From a virus (Duplodnaviria; Caudoviricetes): a stretch of DNA of 40,508 nt. The stretch is taken from IMG/VR virus record IMGVR_UViG_3300042904_000246, positions 1-40,508 of that record; one strand, given 5' to 3'. The position numbers and the translations under genes were made by a program. This document shows positions 26,878 through 35,590 of the stretch, one piece after another. Position 1 is the stretch's first letter, and every line of letters begins with the position of its first letter. The notes under the pieces were generated by a model. That model did no database searches, had not been told where the DNA came from, and saw nothing but the letters and a program-made list of their open reading frames with translations.

Positions 26878-29009
26878 TACTTGCCCCCCGCCGCCGGCTT
26901 TTGCGCCGCGGTCATTTGCTGCCGGCGCGCATTTGCCGCCGCCTGCTGTGCCTGCCTCATTCCCTGCTCCCGCTGGAGCTGGAAATCCTGCTGCCGGCGC
27001 GCGTTCGCGTCCTGCTGCTGAAAGGCCATGTCCGCCTGCTGGAGCTGCAATTTTGCGCCGAGTTCCTGTTGCTGCATCTCGGTCTTAATCCCGAGTTCCT
27101 GCCGCTTTAGCTCCAGCTCTTGCATCAGCTTTTGCTTGGTAAGCTCTAACTTCTGCGTCTCCAGTTCCATCTTCCCGGCGAGTTCCTGCTGCTTGAGCGC
27201 TAATTCGGCCTGGAGCGCTTCCGCCTGCGGATCCGCCTGCGGTTCCTGCTCGGCTTGCGCTTCCCGCGCCCCGGTGATCGCGTCGACGACCCACGTTTCC
27301 CCGAGTTCGTGCAGGATCCCGATCGCGAATTCCCACGGCAATTGACCGGCAAACGCGGCCTGGAAGATGCCCGTATTCCACCACCCGATAAAGTTCTCGG
27401 TCCGGACCGCGTCCGTATCGGCCACCCCTTCGGTGATCTCAACCAGGACATCTCGCTGCCCGATATCGGAGCCCATGAGCGCGAGGGCCGCGTCCGTCCG
27501 TTTCCGGCCTACTACCCCGATCAAGCGCGGTTCCCGGTAGAACTCCGCGGCCGTCGCGAGGACGTGCCGGCTCGCAATCTCCAGCGCCTCTTTGCCCATG
27601 CGCGCCGGGACCGCTAGCCGGGTATCGTCCTGCTGCTGGAGTAAGCGGATCGCGGACGCCGCGGTTACGCCGGCGGGAACGCGCGCGTTCGAGACTTCAT
27701 GCTGCCCCGATAATTGCTGCATCGCCGCGCGGATCTGCTCCGGTAGATTCTGAATCCACGTCGGCATGCTCGGCGGATTCATGAAGCCCGGCGGGGGAGA
27801 CGTCGAGGCGTTGTATTCGAGTACTTCGCTCGGATCCGACGTCAGCGCTTCCGGATCGATCTTGGCTTCCCGCGGCGCCAGGAGCCGCGGCCGACCGTGG
27901 AGCCGCAAATTCTCCAGCGTGTAATTCTGCACGCGGTTAAGCTCGCGCTGTTGCCCGATGAGCGCTTCCACCATCCCCGCACACCAGAGCCGTTTCGGGA
28001 CGTACCGGAAGCCCTTTTTCGCGAGCGGAATCTCCAGGTGCGGTAACGGGAGTTCGTCCGCGTGATAGAGCAACACCGAGCCCGCCGTCATAATATGCCG
28101 GCCGCGCGGGTACTTGTTGCTCGGCCGCTCGTAATAGACTTTGAGCGTCGCGGACTGCTCTTCCGAGTTCGCGTTTCCCTCTTCCGTCGTCTTCGAGATC
28201 GACCCGGGCATGAGGGAGTTAAACACCGACTCATGCTCGCCTTTGTCCGCAGTGACCTGTGCCCCCTGCGCGCCGAACGTATCCTCGAACCATTCCAACG
28301 GCTTGCGGCGCGCAATGATGCACCACCGCACGTCAGACCACCGTTCCACCGGCTCGGGGAACACATCGAACACGGAGAGGACTTCAACGCACACGTCGCC
28401 CACCGGCGCGCGGTGCGACGTCATTTTCCCCGTCGCCGGATCCGTTACGGCCACCTTCGCCAGCTTCGAGGGATCCCAATAATCGTGATAGAACGTATCG
28501 CCGAGAATGATCCGCTGAATGTTCGCTTCGAGCTCTTTTAGCTCCATCCCATCCACGCGCCACCAGTGCGACATGACGCGCGTACCGGCCTGCGCGCCGA
28601 GCTCGTCTTCCTCGTCTCCCGTATCGGAAAGCGCGCGCGGTAATTGCCGACTTTGACTCAGCTTCGCCGCGGCCATTTCCACCACGCCGGGAATCTGATT
28701 ATCGGTCAGCAGTACGCGCCAGCTCGGAATTTTCGACGGCTCGACGAGCTTCCGCTGACGCTTACTCCATTTGCGATAGTGCTCGCCGGCGTAGAACGCG
28801 AGGGACGTCGCCCACGGCTTGAGCATCGCCTCTTTAGCCTGCTGTGACCACCGAAAGCGTTTGTCGACTAAATCGACCAATTGCTCCGGTGTTTGTTTGG
28901 CCGGCGTAGAGTCAGACGCGCTAACAGGCGCCGTTTCAGGCGCCTGTTCCGGATCCTTCCCCTTTAATCTGGAAAGCGGATTGAATCGCTCGAGCCCTGG
29001 AATTCGCAT
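26877..29009 (-). CDS. Portal protein (710 aa) with long Gln/Leu coiled-coil C-terminus
   Basis: FYAG.HY, NQI..V, VEVLSVFDVFPEP, LIGQQRELN, SGQHEVS..VPAGVTAASAI.LLQQQD; P22-like barrel tail; downstream of terL. Confidence 0.9.
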   Translation of the reverse strand: MRIPGLERFNPLSRLKGKDPEQAPETAPVSASDSTPAKQTPEQLVDLVDKRFRWSQQAKEAMLKPWATSLAFYAGEHYRKWSKRQRKLVEPSKIPSWRVLLTDNQIPGVVEMAAAKLSQSRQLPRALSDTGDEEDELGAQAGTRVMSHWWRVDGMELKELEANIQRIILGDTFYHDYWDPSKLAKVAVTDPATGKMTSHRAPVGDVCVEVLSVFDVFPEPVERWSDVRWCIIARRKPLEWFEDTFGAQGAQVTADKGEHESVFNSLMPGSISKTTEEGNANSEEQSATLKVYYERPSNKYPRGRHIMTAGSVLLYHADELPLPHLEIPLAKKGFRYVPKRLWCAGMVEALIGQQRELNRVQNYTLENLRLHGRPRLLAPREAKIDPEALTSDPSEVLEYNASTSPPPGFMNPPSMPTWIQNLPEQIRAAMQQLSGQHEVSNARVPAGVTAASAIRLLQQQDDTRLAVPARMGKEALEIASRHVLATAAEFYREPRLIGVVGRKRTDAALALMGSDIGQRDVLVEITEGVADTDAVRTENFIGWWNTGIFQAAFAGQLPWEFAIGILHELGETWVVDAITGAREAQAEQEPQADPQAEALQAELALKQQELAGKMELETQKLELTKQKLMQELELKRQELGIKTEMQQQELGAKLQLQQADMAFQQQDANARRQQDFQLQREQGMRQAQQAAANARRQQMTAAQKPAAGGK

Positions 29010-29207
29010 CTAATCTCTACTCCGCCGGCGCCCCGGGCGCAAGCAACGATTCGGGCGGCTTATCACCGTACGCGGTCGTTGCATGTGCATCGAATCGAGC
29101 CGGAACCCTGCAACTAGATTACCACGGACCGCACGATAAGCGGGAGAAACAGGCATGGACCCGCATAGCGCCAAGCACCCCCAGAAGCTGAACCATCGCC
29201 CGTCCAT
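29010..29207 (-). CDS. Hypothetical small basic protein (65 aa)
   Basis: Exactly fills the gap between neighbours; GAGGA SD upstream. Confidence 0.4.
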   Translation of the reverse strand: MDGRWFSFWGCLALCGSMPVSPAYRAVRGNLVAGFRLDSMHMQRPRTVISRPNRCLRPGRRRSRD

Positions 29208-29474
29208 TTAATCCTCTCCGAGATCGTCCGGATCCAGGCCGGCGCGCTCGAGTCGCCGCCGCTCCGTTTCATACTCCCCGAACACTCCCGGCGCCCGGTT
29301 AAACGGCACCGGCGGCACGTCTTCCAACACCAGCCCCGGAACCAGTTTCTCTAGGAGCTTTTGCCGCTCTCTCCGCCACTCGGCGCGCTCTTTCGCGTGG
29401 AGCGCTTCCGCGCGATTGCGTTGAAAACTCTCGTAAAGAGCGAGAAGCGCGAACACCCCGACGATAACCCACAT
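29208..29474 (-). CDS. Small protein with N-terminal TM helix and coiled coil (88 aa)
   Basis: MWVIVGVFALLALY followed by a charged helix; GGAGAAGG SD. Confidence 0.65.
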   Translation of the reverse strand: MWVIVGVFALLALYESFQRNRAEALHAKERAEWRRERQKLLEKLVPGLVLEDVPPVPFNRAPGVFGEYETERRRLERAGLDPDDLGED

Positions 29475-29719
29475 TCGACCTTCTCCCCCGGGACCGGTAA
29501 ACACGTTAGATCCAGGCCGGCGGACGCTGCCGGCGCCGGCAACGCTACACACCCATACCACCGGCCGAGTTGCCAGTCACGGTAGAGCATGACCTCGGAA
29601 TGACCGCAGCGCGCGCAGGTGAACCGAGCTGCATCCACTCCCGGGATAGAGAGGAAGTAATCCGGTTGCTCCGCCGCGTGACGATTACGCGCACTGTGTC
29701 CCTTCCGAGGCCATGCCAT
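29351..29719 (-). CDS. Hypothetical CxxC protein
   Basis: Starts 3 nt after the upstream stop and contains FTCARCGH, but its 3' part overlaps the next gene by about 120 nt. Confidence 0.35.
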   Translation of the reverse strand: MAWPRKGHSARNRHAAEQPDYFLSIPGVDAARFTCARCGHSEVMLYRDWQLGRWYGCVALPAPAASAGLDLTCLPVPGEKVECGLSSGCSRFSLFTRVFNAIARKRSTRKSAPSGGESGKSS

Positions 29720-29722
29720 GAC

Positions 29723-30058
29723 TCAGTTTCTCCGGTTCCGGCCGATGATCTCCAGTTTGGGGCGTGCCGCCTGCGCCTGCGCGGCCTGCGCCGCCGCCGC
29801 CACTTCCGGATACACCGCAGAGAACGGCACAATCGGGAGTTTCACCAGCCGCCCGCCCGCCTCGATCTGCGGCACCCCGGCAAGCGGGGAAATCGGCAGG
29901 CCGGTGAAGACCATGGGCTCGCCGCAGTCCGCACACTGGACCCCCAGCACGAAGTTTCGCAAGTCTCCCCCGTCCGGAATCCCCTCGGTCCGCGCCGTAA
30001 CGGACATCTTCGCATGCTCACACGTTTGCTCGCACGTTCCCTCTTCGAATGGTCCCAT
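29723..30058 (-). CDS. Hypothetical Zn-binding protein (111 aa)
   Basis: CEH...CADCGEP.VF.GLP motif; GGGAAAGGA SD region. Confidence 0.65.
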   Translation of the reverse strand: MGPFEEGTCEQTCEHAKMSVTARTEGIPDGGDLRNFVLGVQCADCGEPMVFTGLPISPLAGVPQIEAGGRLVKLPIVPFSAVYPEVAAAAQAAQAQAARPKLEIIGRNRRN

Positions 30059-30092
30059 GTTCGTTGTGTTTCCTTTCCCTACCCACGCGACC

Positions 30093-30701
30093 TTACGCTC
30101 CGTGCGCGATCGCTTTTTGCGCCCACATCGCGGACTCTTCCAGCGCCGTAAGCGCCAGGGAGCGCCGGCGCCCCGGCTCGATCCCCACGAGGAGCAACTG
30201 CTCTAAACCGGCATAAGCCAGCCGGATCGCTTCGCTCCGTTCGACCTGCTCCGCGTCCAACTCCACCCGCGCGAACGTTCCCGCCTTCGCCGGCGCCGCG
30301 GGTTGCGCTTCCGGTTTCGGCGTGAGCCCGCCCGGGTAGAGTCCCGGTGAAAACGGCACCCCATAAGCGCCCAGGCTCGCGAAAGCATCGCGTAAAGTTT
30401 CCGCCCAGGACGACACTTCCGCCCCGGTCGTCGTCCGTTGACGCGTGAAGCCCGCCGGATCCAGTATGAGTTTGGGCTTCACCGCGTGCGCCGCCTGGAG
30501 CATCTGCACTAAGAGCGTCGCATGGACCGATGGCGTCGTTTGACCGCGCGAGTAGTCCGCGACGATTACTTCCTCGCCGCCCCGCGTCTTCGCCACCAAG
30601 CGCGCATGGAATTGATTCCATCCCGGCTCGATGTACAGCAAACATTCGGCGCCTTCCGGTATCGCACGGTGAATCGTCCAGCCCTGTTTTTCGGGTTCCA
30701 T
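30093..30701 (-). CDS. Fusion of a degenerate terminase-nuclease paralog (aa ~10-115) and an Acb2/Tad1-like helical hairpin (aa ~141-202)
   Basis: The N part aligns by eye to the adjacent TerL (IEPGW/IDPGW, ILDPAGF/IMDSAGF, TGAEVSSWA/TGDESPSWA, ASLGA/AEIGA); Pro/Ala linker; C part ends GRRRSLALTALEESAMWAQKAIA; AGGAG SD. Confidence 0.75.
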   Translation of the reverse strand: MEPEKQGWTIHRAIPEGAECLLYIEPGWNQFHARLVAKTRGGEEVIVADYSRGQTTPSVHATLLVQMLQAAHAVKPKLILDPAGFTRQRTTTGAEVSSWAETLRDAFASLGAYGVPFSPGLYPGGLTPKPEAQPAAPAKAGTFARVELDAEQVERSEAIRLAYAGLEQLLLVGIEPGRRRSLALTALEESAMWAQKAIAHGA

Positions 30702-30710
30702 TCCCTACTC

Positions 30711-32393
30711 CTAATCGGACAGTTCCCGGTCCTCGACAGACCGGGAATCTTTCAGTCGAGCCCAATGTTTCTCCAGGGAGTTCTTCGGGCCCGGTTGCAC
30801 GGATAACGGTTCCGGCAAATCGTTGCACAGGTAGCGGAGACAGTCCATGAGGTGATTATTGCGATCGATCGGCAGCTCCGGATCCCGCTTCTCCTGACCG
30901 GTGCGACCCGTCCGCGGCGCCTGCCGCGTCCAACGCATAATCTCCCACTTGAACCAGACGCAGCTTTTACAGACAAACAGATTCCCGGTGACGAAATACC
31001 GCTTCGGGCGGAGCGCGAGCGGATCGCTCTTGTTGCTCTTCCGCAGGTTAAACCACTTGGCGCCGATCTCCGCCGCGGCCAAGTGGAGCTCCGACGCCCA
31101 GCTCGGGGATTCATCGCCGGTTTGCACCCGCATCTTATCGAACCCCGCGGAGTCCATGATCACGTCATAAACCGGGCGCCCAAACGCCTTCCAGTATTCA
31201 TGGAGCGCGAGCATGTGCTCCATCGGCCGGCGCTCGCCCAGGTAATATTCGGCGTAGATGAACACGCGCCCCTCGGGATCCACCGCGGCAAAGAGACACG
31301 CAAACCGCTTCCAGCCAGGATCGATAATCAGGTAGTGCCGCCAGCTCGCCGGCGGGAGAAAATCCGGGTAGATATGGCCCCGCGGCGCGTCTTCCGGGAT
31401 GAATTCCCCGATTACGCGCCCGCCGGTCGAGAGGAAGGCTTCGTCCGCATTGATCGGATACTCCTGCGGGAATTCGTCCCGGAGTTCCATGACCTTCCGC
31501 CGGCGCCAGCGGATCTGTGCCGCGGTGAGTTCGTAACGCTGGACGAGGGACTCCTCTTCCAGCGTGTAAACGAGCGGCTCGTCCCCCTCTTCCGCCTCGA
31601 GCTGGTAATCCGGATGCAGGTTCCAACCCCAGAAGCGCGGCTTGAAGACGCTATCCCCGGTATGGAACGCCGCTTGGTATTCGTCATAGAACCAGTTATT
31701 TTGCCCGTTCGCCGTCGTTTCGAGGATTACGTTCCCCTCTTTGGGGACGGACTGAAGCAAGCCGGAAATGATACTCTGCGCGTCCGGCCAGAACGCCACC
31801 TCGGAGCCGTGGACGTTATTCACCGTACCGCCGCGGCCGAATTCCCCCGAGCCGGCGGTCCCGACGAAGAAATAAGAATCGATCTCCGGCCAGAGGTATT
31901 CACGCCGGTTCGCAAAGCGCGTTTTCGGCTGTTTGTCTTTCGGTAAATGGGTGTAGTACCGAGTCACCATCTGAAAGATGCGCTCGGTGGAATCGGTATC
32001 GTGCGCTATGACGACGGTTTGCGTATTCGGAACCGTAATCGTATCGATGAAATAGAGCGCGAGAATGAGCGTCGAAAACCCGAACTGCCGCGCTTTCAGG
32101 ATAATTTCCCGCTCGCCGCTGAAGCGATAGCACTGCTCCTGCCACTCGGGGCAGAGGATATCCAGATATTGCCGCTGGATCGGATTCGGCTCGAATTTTA
32201 CAACGGTGCGCTCTTTGGTGCGGATTTTCAGCTCGTCGAGCGCCACCGGACTATACGGATCGATCTGCTCGCGCAACTGCTCCAGGAGTACGAACGCTTC
32301 CTCGCGCTCTGGACCGGGCGGCATCGCCGCTACCATTTTCCCGAGTTCGACCACCCGCTTAATTAAATCTCGCTGTTTTAACTTCGCATTCAT
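30711..32393 (-). CDS. terL: Terminase large subunit (560 aa)
   Basis: NPIQ Q-motif, Walker A ILKARQFGFST, Walker B NNVHGSEVAFW, motif III ETTANG, nuclease IIDPG and NHLMDCLRY. Confidence 0.95.
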   Translation of the reverse strand: MNAKLKQRDLIKRVVELGKMVAAMPPGPEREEAFVLLEQLREQIDPYSPVALDELKIRTKERTVVKFEPNPIQRQYLDILCPEWQEQCYRFSGEREIILKARQFGFSTLILALYFIDTITVPNTQTVVIAHDTDSTERIFQMVTRYYTHLPKDKQPKTRFANRREYLWPEIDSYFFVGTAGSGEFGRGGTVNNVHGSEVAFWPDAQSIISGLLQSVPKEGNVILETTANGQNNWFYDEYQAAFHTGDSVFKPRFWGWNLHPDYQLEAEEGDEPLVYTLEEESLVQRYELTAAQIRWRRRKVMELRDEFPQEYPINADEAFLSTGGRVIGEFIPEDAPRGHIYPDFLPPASWRHYLIIDPGWKRFACLFAAVDPEGRVFIYAEYYLGERRPMEHMLALHEYWKAFGRPVYDVIMDSAGFDKMRVQTGDESPSWASELHLAAAEIGAKWFNLRKSNKSDPLALRPKRYFVTGNLFVCKSCVWFKWEIMRWTRQAPRTGRTGQEKRDPELPIDRNNHLMDCLRYLCNDLPEPLSVQPGPKNSLEKHWARLKDSRSVEDRELSD

Positions 32394-32397
32394 TGAG

Positions 32398-32664
32398 TCA
32401 GTTTAACCCATTAGTCAGCAGAGACAGCAGCGTCGACCGCACCCCTTCGCGTTCCTCTTCCGTCCAGTCGCGCCGGCCGGACGGTGGCTCGAGCACTTCC
32501 ATACGATCGGAGCACGTTACCGCGTCCAGGCAAAAATAAAATGCCTCTTCGCCGCCACTGTACCCCGGAAGCCCTGCCAGGGGCGCCACTTCATCGCGAT
32601 AGAACCGCTCCTCGCAATAGCAGCACTTGACCCGGAGACGCTTTAATCGTTGTTCGTCGGCCAC
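32398..32664 (-). CDS. Small Cys-rich (Zn-finger-like) protein (88 aa)
   Basis: GTG start with GAGG SD; CCYC...CLDAVTCSDR. Confidence 0.55.
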   Translation of the reverse strand: MADEQRLKRLRVKCCYCEERFYRDEVAPLAGLPGYSGGEEAFYFCLDAVTCSDRMEVLEPPSGRRDWTEEEREGVRSTLLSLLTNGLN

Positions 32665-32680
32665 CGTCCAAACCTCGCGC

Positions 32681-32893
32681 TTATTCCGCCTGCCGACGAT
32701 CCAGGCGCCCCACATAGACCCCGGACCCCGGAACCCGCGCGTTCACCGCATACGCTTCGCGTTCCGCCGCCTGCCGCGCGTCTTCCGGCAGCACGGACTC
32801 CCCTTCGAGCTGGATCGCTTCCGACCACTGCTCGCGACCGTAACGCCGTTCGTTGCCGGCCCCATCCCTGAAGTACAACGCGTAACTCTTCAT
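32681..32893 (-). CDS. Hypothetical protein (70 aa, MKSYALYF...)
   Basis: TAATG coupling with the upstream gene. Confidence 0.55.
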   Translation of the reverse strand: MKSYALYFRDGAGNERRYGREQWSEAIQLEGESVLPEDARQAAEREAYAVNARVPGSGVYVGRLDRRQAE

Positions 32894-33489
32894 TAGTAGG
32901 TTCGCACCTCCCACACGACCATGTTCCGGCCGCAATCCCCCACCCCGCGATTCCAGACCGAGAACTCGATAATTCCGTCCGGATAGTGATCGAAGAGCTC
33001 TTGCAGCCAATCCCAATCCGACGCGCTCAAATGCGCCTTCAAGAGTTGGACCGCCGCGAGCCCCTGCGCGTACTTCTGCTCCTGCTTCATCGCGTCGCGC
33101 ATGGGCGCCGCCACCGTGCTATACGTGAGATCGTAATAGCACTCCGAGCGCCGTACTTCCCCCTGAAAGGTCCGCACGCCGACAACGTAATTCCCGCTAT
33201 CGGGCCCGCACTCAATGAAGGAGAAAAGGCCCCGCTCGGCGCCGTCATACCGGACAAAGTTATCGACCCACTCCGCAACCTCGCCTTTTGGCACTTGCGA
33301 TACGCAGAACGGGCTTCCAGGCTTCCGGTAACGGATCATGACCGGTCCAGCGTAAGCGTCCGCCTGGAGTTCGGCATACGTCCCCCAGCTCCGGAGTTTG
33401 TTGCCGAACTTGCCGGCGTCAAACAGCGCGTTAACGGATTGCTTGGAGCTGATATCCCCGCAGAGCGGATCCCGTTCCAGAGTGCTCAC
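32893..33489 (-). CDS. Hypothetical enzyme-like protein (198 aa)
   Basis: Globular composition; VMIRY, FQGEV and IIEFS..VG..VVWEVRTY motifs; coupled at both ends. Confidence 0.7.
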   Translation of the reverse strand: MSTLERDPLCGDISSKQSVNALFDAGKFGNKLRSWGTYAELQADAYAGPVMIRYRKPGSPFCVSQVPKGEVAEWVDNFVRYDGAERGLFSFIECGPDSGNYVVGVRTFQGEVRRSECYYDLTYSTVAAPMRDAMKQEQKYAQGLAAVQLLKAHLSASDWDWLQELFDHYPDGIIEFSVWNRGVGDCGRNMVVWEVRTY

Positions 33490-33653
33490 TGCTCACCGTC
33501 CCGTTCCGGCAGCGGCTCGAGCTGCATATACCGGTTCGCCATGCCGCGCAGGATCTTCGCCTCGCGCTCCTGCCGTTCCGCTTCCTCGCGAATAATCCGC
33601 TCCAGGCGTTCCCGCTCCTCGTCGTACATCTCAATGCGGTATTTGCGGCTCAC
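33486..33653 (-). CDS. 55 aa charged coiled-coil protein (not in the ORF track)
   Basis: MSRKYRIEMYDEERERLERIIREEAERQEREAKILRGMANRYMQLEPLPERDGEQ; GTGA overlaps at both ends. Confidence 0.65.
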   Translation of the reverse strand: MSRKYRIEMYDEERERLERIIREEAERQEREAKILRGMANRYMQLEPLPERDGEQ

Positions 33654-34141
33654 CGGCGGCGCCCCCCACCGGTCGACATGCGGAACGTCGAGGATCCAGA
33701 CGCCGCGGGTTTGGGATCCGCGCGCCAGATCGGCGCCGGCCGGTTCACGATCACCGGAGCCGAGACGTTCACCACCCGCGGCGCCCGGTTCACGATCACC
33801 GTAGGCGCCGACCGATGGACGACCACCGGCGGAGCGTGATCCACCACCACCGCGGGACCACTCGGGACATAGACCGGAGAAGCCGGCGGCGCGTAAACCT
33901 GCCGATCGCGCTCGACGATACGGACCGTCTCCGGTTGCGAAATACCCACCACCTCTTGAGACTGTCCCGGCACGCGGACCCGAAAGGACTTCCAGCCGTG
34001 CCCGAGTTCCTGCACCTCCCGAGCCCCGGGCGGTACCGGCGCCTCGCGCATCTCGTAATGCCGAGACTCAGTGCAGCCGGACGCTAGCACTCCCACCACC
34101 GCCGCCAAGAGCGCCAGAGTCCCCATACGGCAAACTCTCAT
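33650..34141 (-). CDS. Putative lipoprotein with Pro/Val-rich repeats
   Basis: LALLAAVVGVLASGC signal/lipobox; PAVVVDH, PVVVHR, PTVIVNR, PRVVNV and PVIVNR repeats; ATGA overlap at 34138-34141. Confidence 0.7.
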   Translation of the reverse strand: MRVCRMGTLALLAAVVGVLASGCTESRHYEMREAPVPPGAREVQELGHGWKSFRVRVPGQSQEVVGISQPETVRIVERDRQVYAPPASPVYVPSGPAVVVDHAPPVVVHRSAPTVIVNRAPRVVNVSAPVIVNRPAPIWRADPKPAASGSSTFRMSTGGGRRR

Positions 34142-34356
34142 TCTTCCCACTCCCCTTCATCTTCTTTTGCTTCGTTGGATCTATCTAAAGGAGCGTTTCC
34201 GCCCCGGTTTGTCGCCGTCCCGAAGAGTACCGCCAGGACTACCCAAGCGCCACTCACCGAAAGCCAGATTAGCGCGATCCGCCACGGACCCGAGGCGCAG
34301 AGCGCCAGGAACCCGGCAACGTAAGTGAGCGCAATTCCGATCTCAATGGCTCGCAT
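34138..34356 (-). CDS. Small two-TM membrane protein (72 aa)
   Basis: Two hydrophobic segments and an acidic tail; TGATG coupling. Confidence 0.6.
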   Translation of the reverse strand: MRAIEIGIALTYVAGFLALCASGPWRIALIWLSVSGAWVVLAVLFGTATNRGGNAPLDRSNEAKEDEGEWEE

Positions 34357-34562
34357 CAGTTCGTCACCGTCCAGAAACTCCAGCAATCAGCACAATAAAC
34401 GACCGCGCAATCCGCAAGTGCCCGGTTTCGCGGTCCCGACTTACCTTTCAACGTTTCGACCTGCTCCGCATCAATCAAATGGCCGGCGCGCAATGCCGCC
34501 GACTCGCAGCTCGGGCATTCGTCGCCCACTTCCGGATTCGTCGGATCGTACGGCTTTTTCAT
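34356..34562 (-). CDS. Small Zn-ribbon protein (68 aa)
   Basis: CPSC...CADC; ATGA coupling. Confidence 0.6.
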   Translation of the reverse strand: MKKPYDPTNPEVGDECPSCESAALRAGHLIDAEQVETLKGKSGPRNRALADCAVVYCADCWSFWTVTN

Positions 34563-34747
34563 CGCTCCGTATACCCCGGGCCCATGTCGACCACTGCACA
34601 CATGGCGGACGCGCCAATTACGATTACTCCCCTTTGCTCCATACGGAGCACGTAATCCACCGCGTTTGTAGACGCCACTGGGTAAAAACCGCGCCCACCC
34701 CGGAAATCAACCCGGATCCGGGAATAGTAATAATCGAGCTCGCTCAT
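34559..34747 (-). CDS. Hypothetical protein (62 aa)
   Basis: ATGA overlaps at both ends. Confidence 0.55.
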   Translation of the reverse strand: MSELDYYYSRIRVDFRGGRGFYPVASTNAVDYVLRMEQRGVIVIGASAMCAVVDMGPGYTER

Positions 34748-35256
34748 GACGCTTCCCGTCCCTTCGCCGCGCGCTCAACGCAGGCGTAGTAATCCTCGCA
34801 CAGAAGCGAACCGTCCCCGTATTCGCTCACCGAGCCCGCGGTTTCCAGTTGCCCGCAATGCTCGCACGCGCGCGGCGGCGCTTCCGCCTGGACAATAACG
34901 CCCGCCGCCCGGGACTTGCGCCAATCGCACCCGTCCCGGTTGTCGCAATAGACCCCATCGGGCCACTTCTTAACGGGGATCTCGTCGGTACCTTGAACGC
35001 CGCACCGCTCGCACGTTTGCGCCGGATGGAACATGGCAAGCTGTTGTTCCAGCCCTTCCAGGCGCTCCATGAGTCCTTTCGTCAGCTTCGCGTAAGCGTC
35101 GAGCTGGACGAGGTTTTCCACCGCATGGAGATCCACCGCCAGCCGCGCGAAAAGGACCGCTTCCAGCGGATTCTTCGCGTAATTCGCATTCGCGAAGGCG
35201 TTCGCCTGACTACACAACTCCCGCAGGAGCGCCACGTTACAGAGCTTCACTTCCAC
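34744..35256 (-). CDS. Protein with a helical N-terminus and two tandem Cys4 Zn-finger-like modules (170 aa)
   Basis: CERC..CDNRDGCDWR and CEHC..CEDYYACVER. Confidence 0.7.
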   Translation of the reverse strand: MEVKLCNVALLRELCSQANAFANANYAKNPLEAVLFARLAVDLHAVENLVQLDAYAKLTKGLMERLEGLEQQLAMFHPAQTCERCGVQGTDEIPVKKWPDGVYCDNRDGCDWRKSRAAGVIVQAEAPPRACEHCGQLETAGSVSEYGDGSLLCEDYYACVERAAKGREAS

Positions 35257-35257
35257 G

Positions 35258-35590
35258 TTAAGCCCCCTCTTCCAGTTCCAGCCGCGCCACCACGCGCCGG
35301 CCGTAGTCGTTCAGCGTCCAGACGCCAAACCGCGGCGCCGCATAATACGGATGCGGCGCGCGGTCGACCAACTTGAGCCGCTCCAGGACCTCGATCGTCG
35401 GCCGGTGCCCGCACGCCACCCAATCGCCGAGAGCGCCGTAAATCTTCTTCTCGTCAGACGTCCCCTCGCGGACCTCGCCGGCGTGGACGTAGTCGAAATG
35501 CCGCCCTGCCGGCGCCAGGAGCGCCAGGAGCGCCAGGAGCCGCCTTTGTGCCGGCGTGAGCGCGGGGAGCGCTTCCTGAGTCTCGCTCAT
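35258..35590 (-). CDS. Hypothetical protein, possibly winged-helix-like
   Basis: LTPAQRRLL start and TIEVLERLKLVD..WTLNDYGR end; ATG with upstream AGGG. Confidence 0.55.
   Translation of the reverse strand: MSETQEALPALTPAQRRLLALLALLAPAGRHFDYVHAGEVREGTSDEKKIYGALGDWVACGHRPTIEVLERLKLVDRAPHPYYAAPRFGVWTLNDYGRRVVARLELEEGA

Noticed and set aside
33650-34356. Holin or spanin call for the membrane protein and lipoprotein
   Set aside because: No adjacent endolysin and no i-spanin-like periplasmic coiled coil; the evidence is insufficient.
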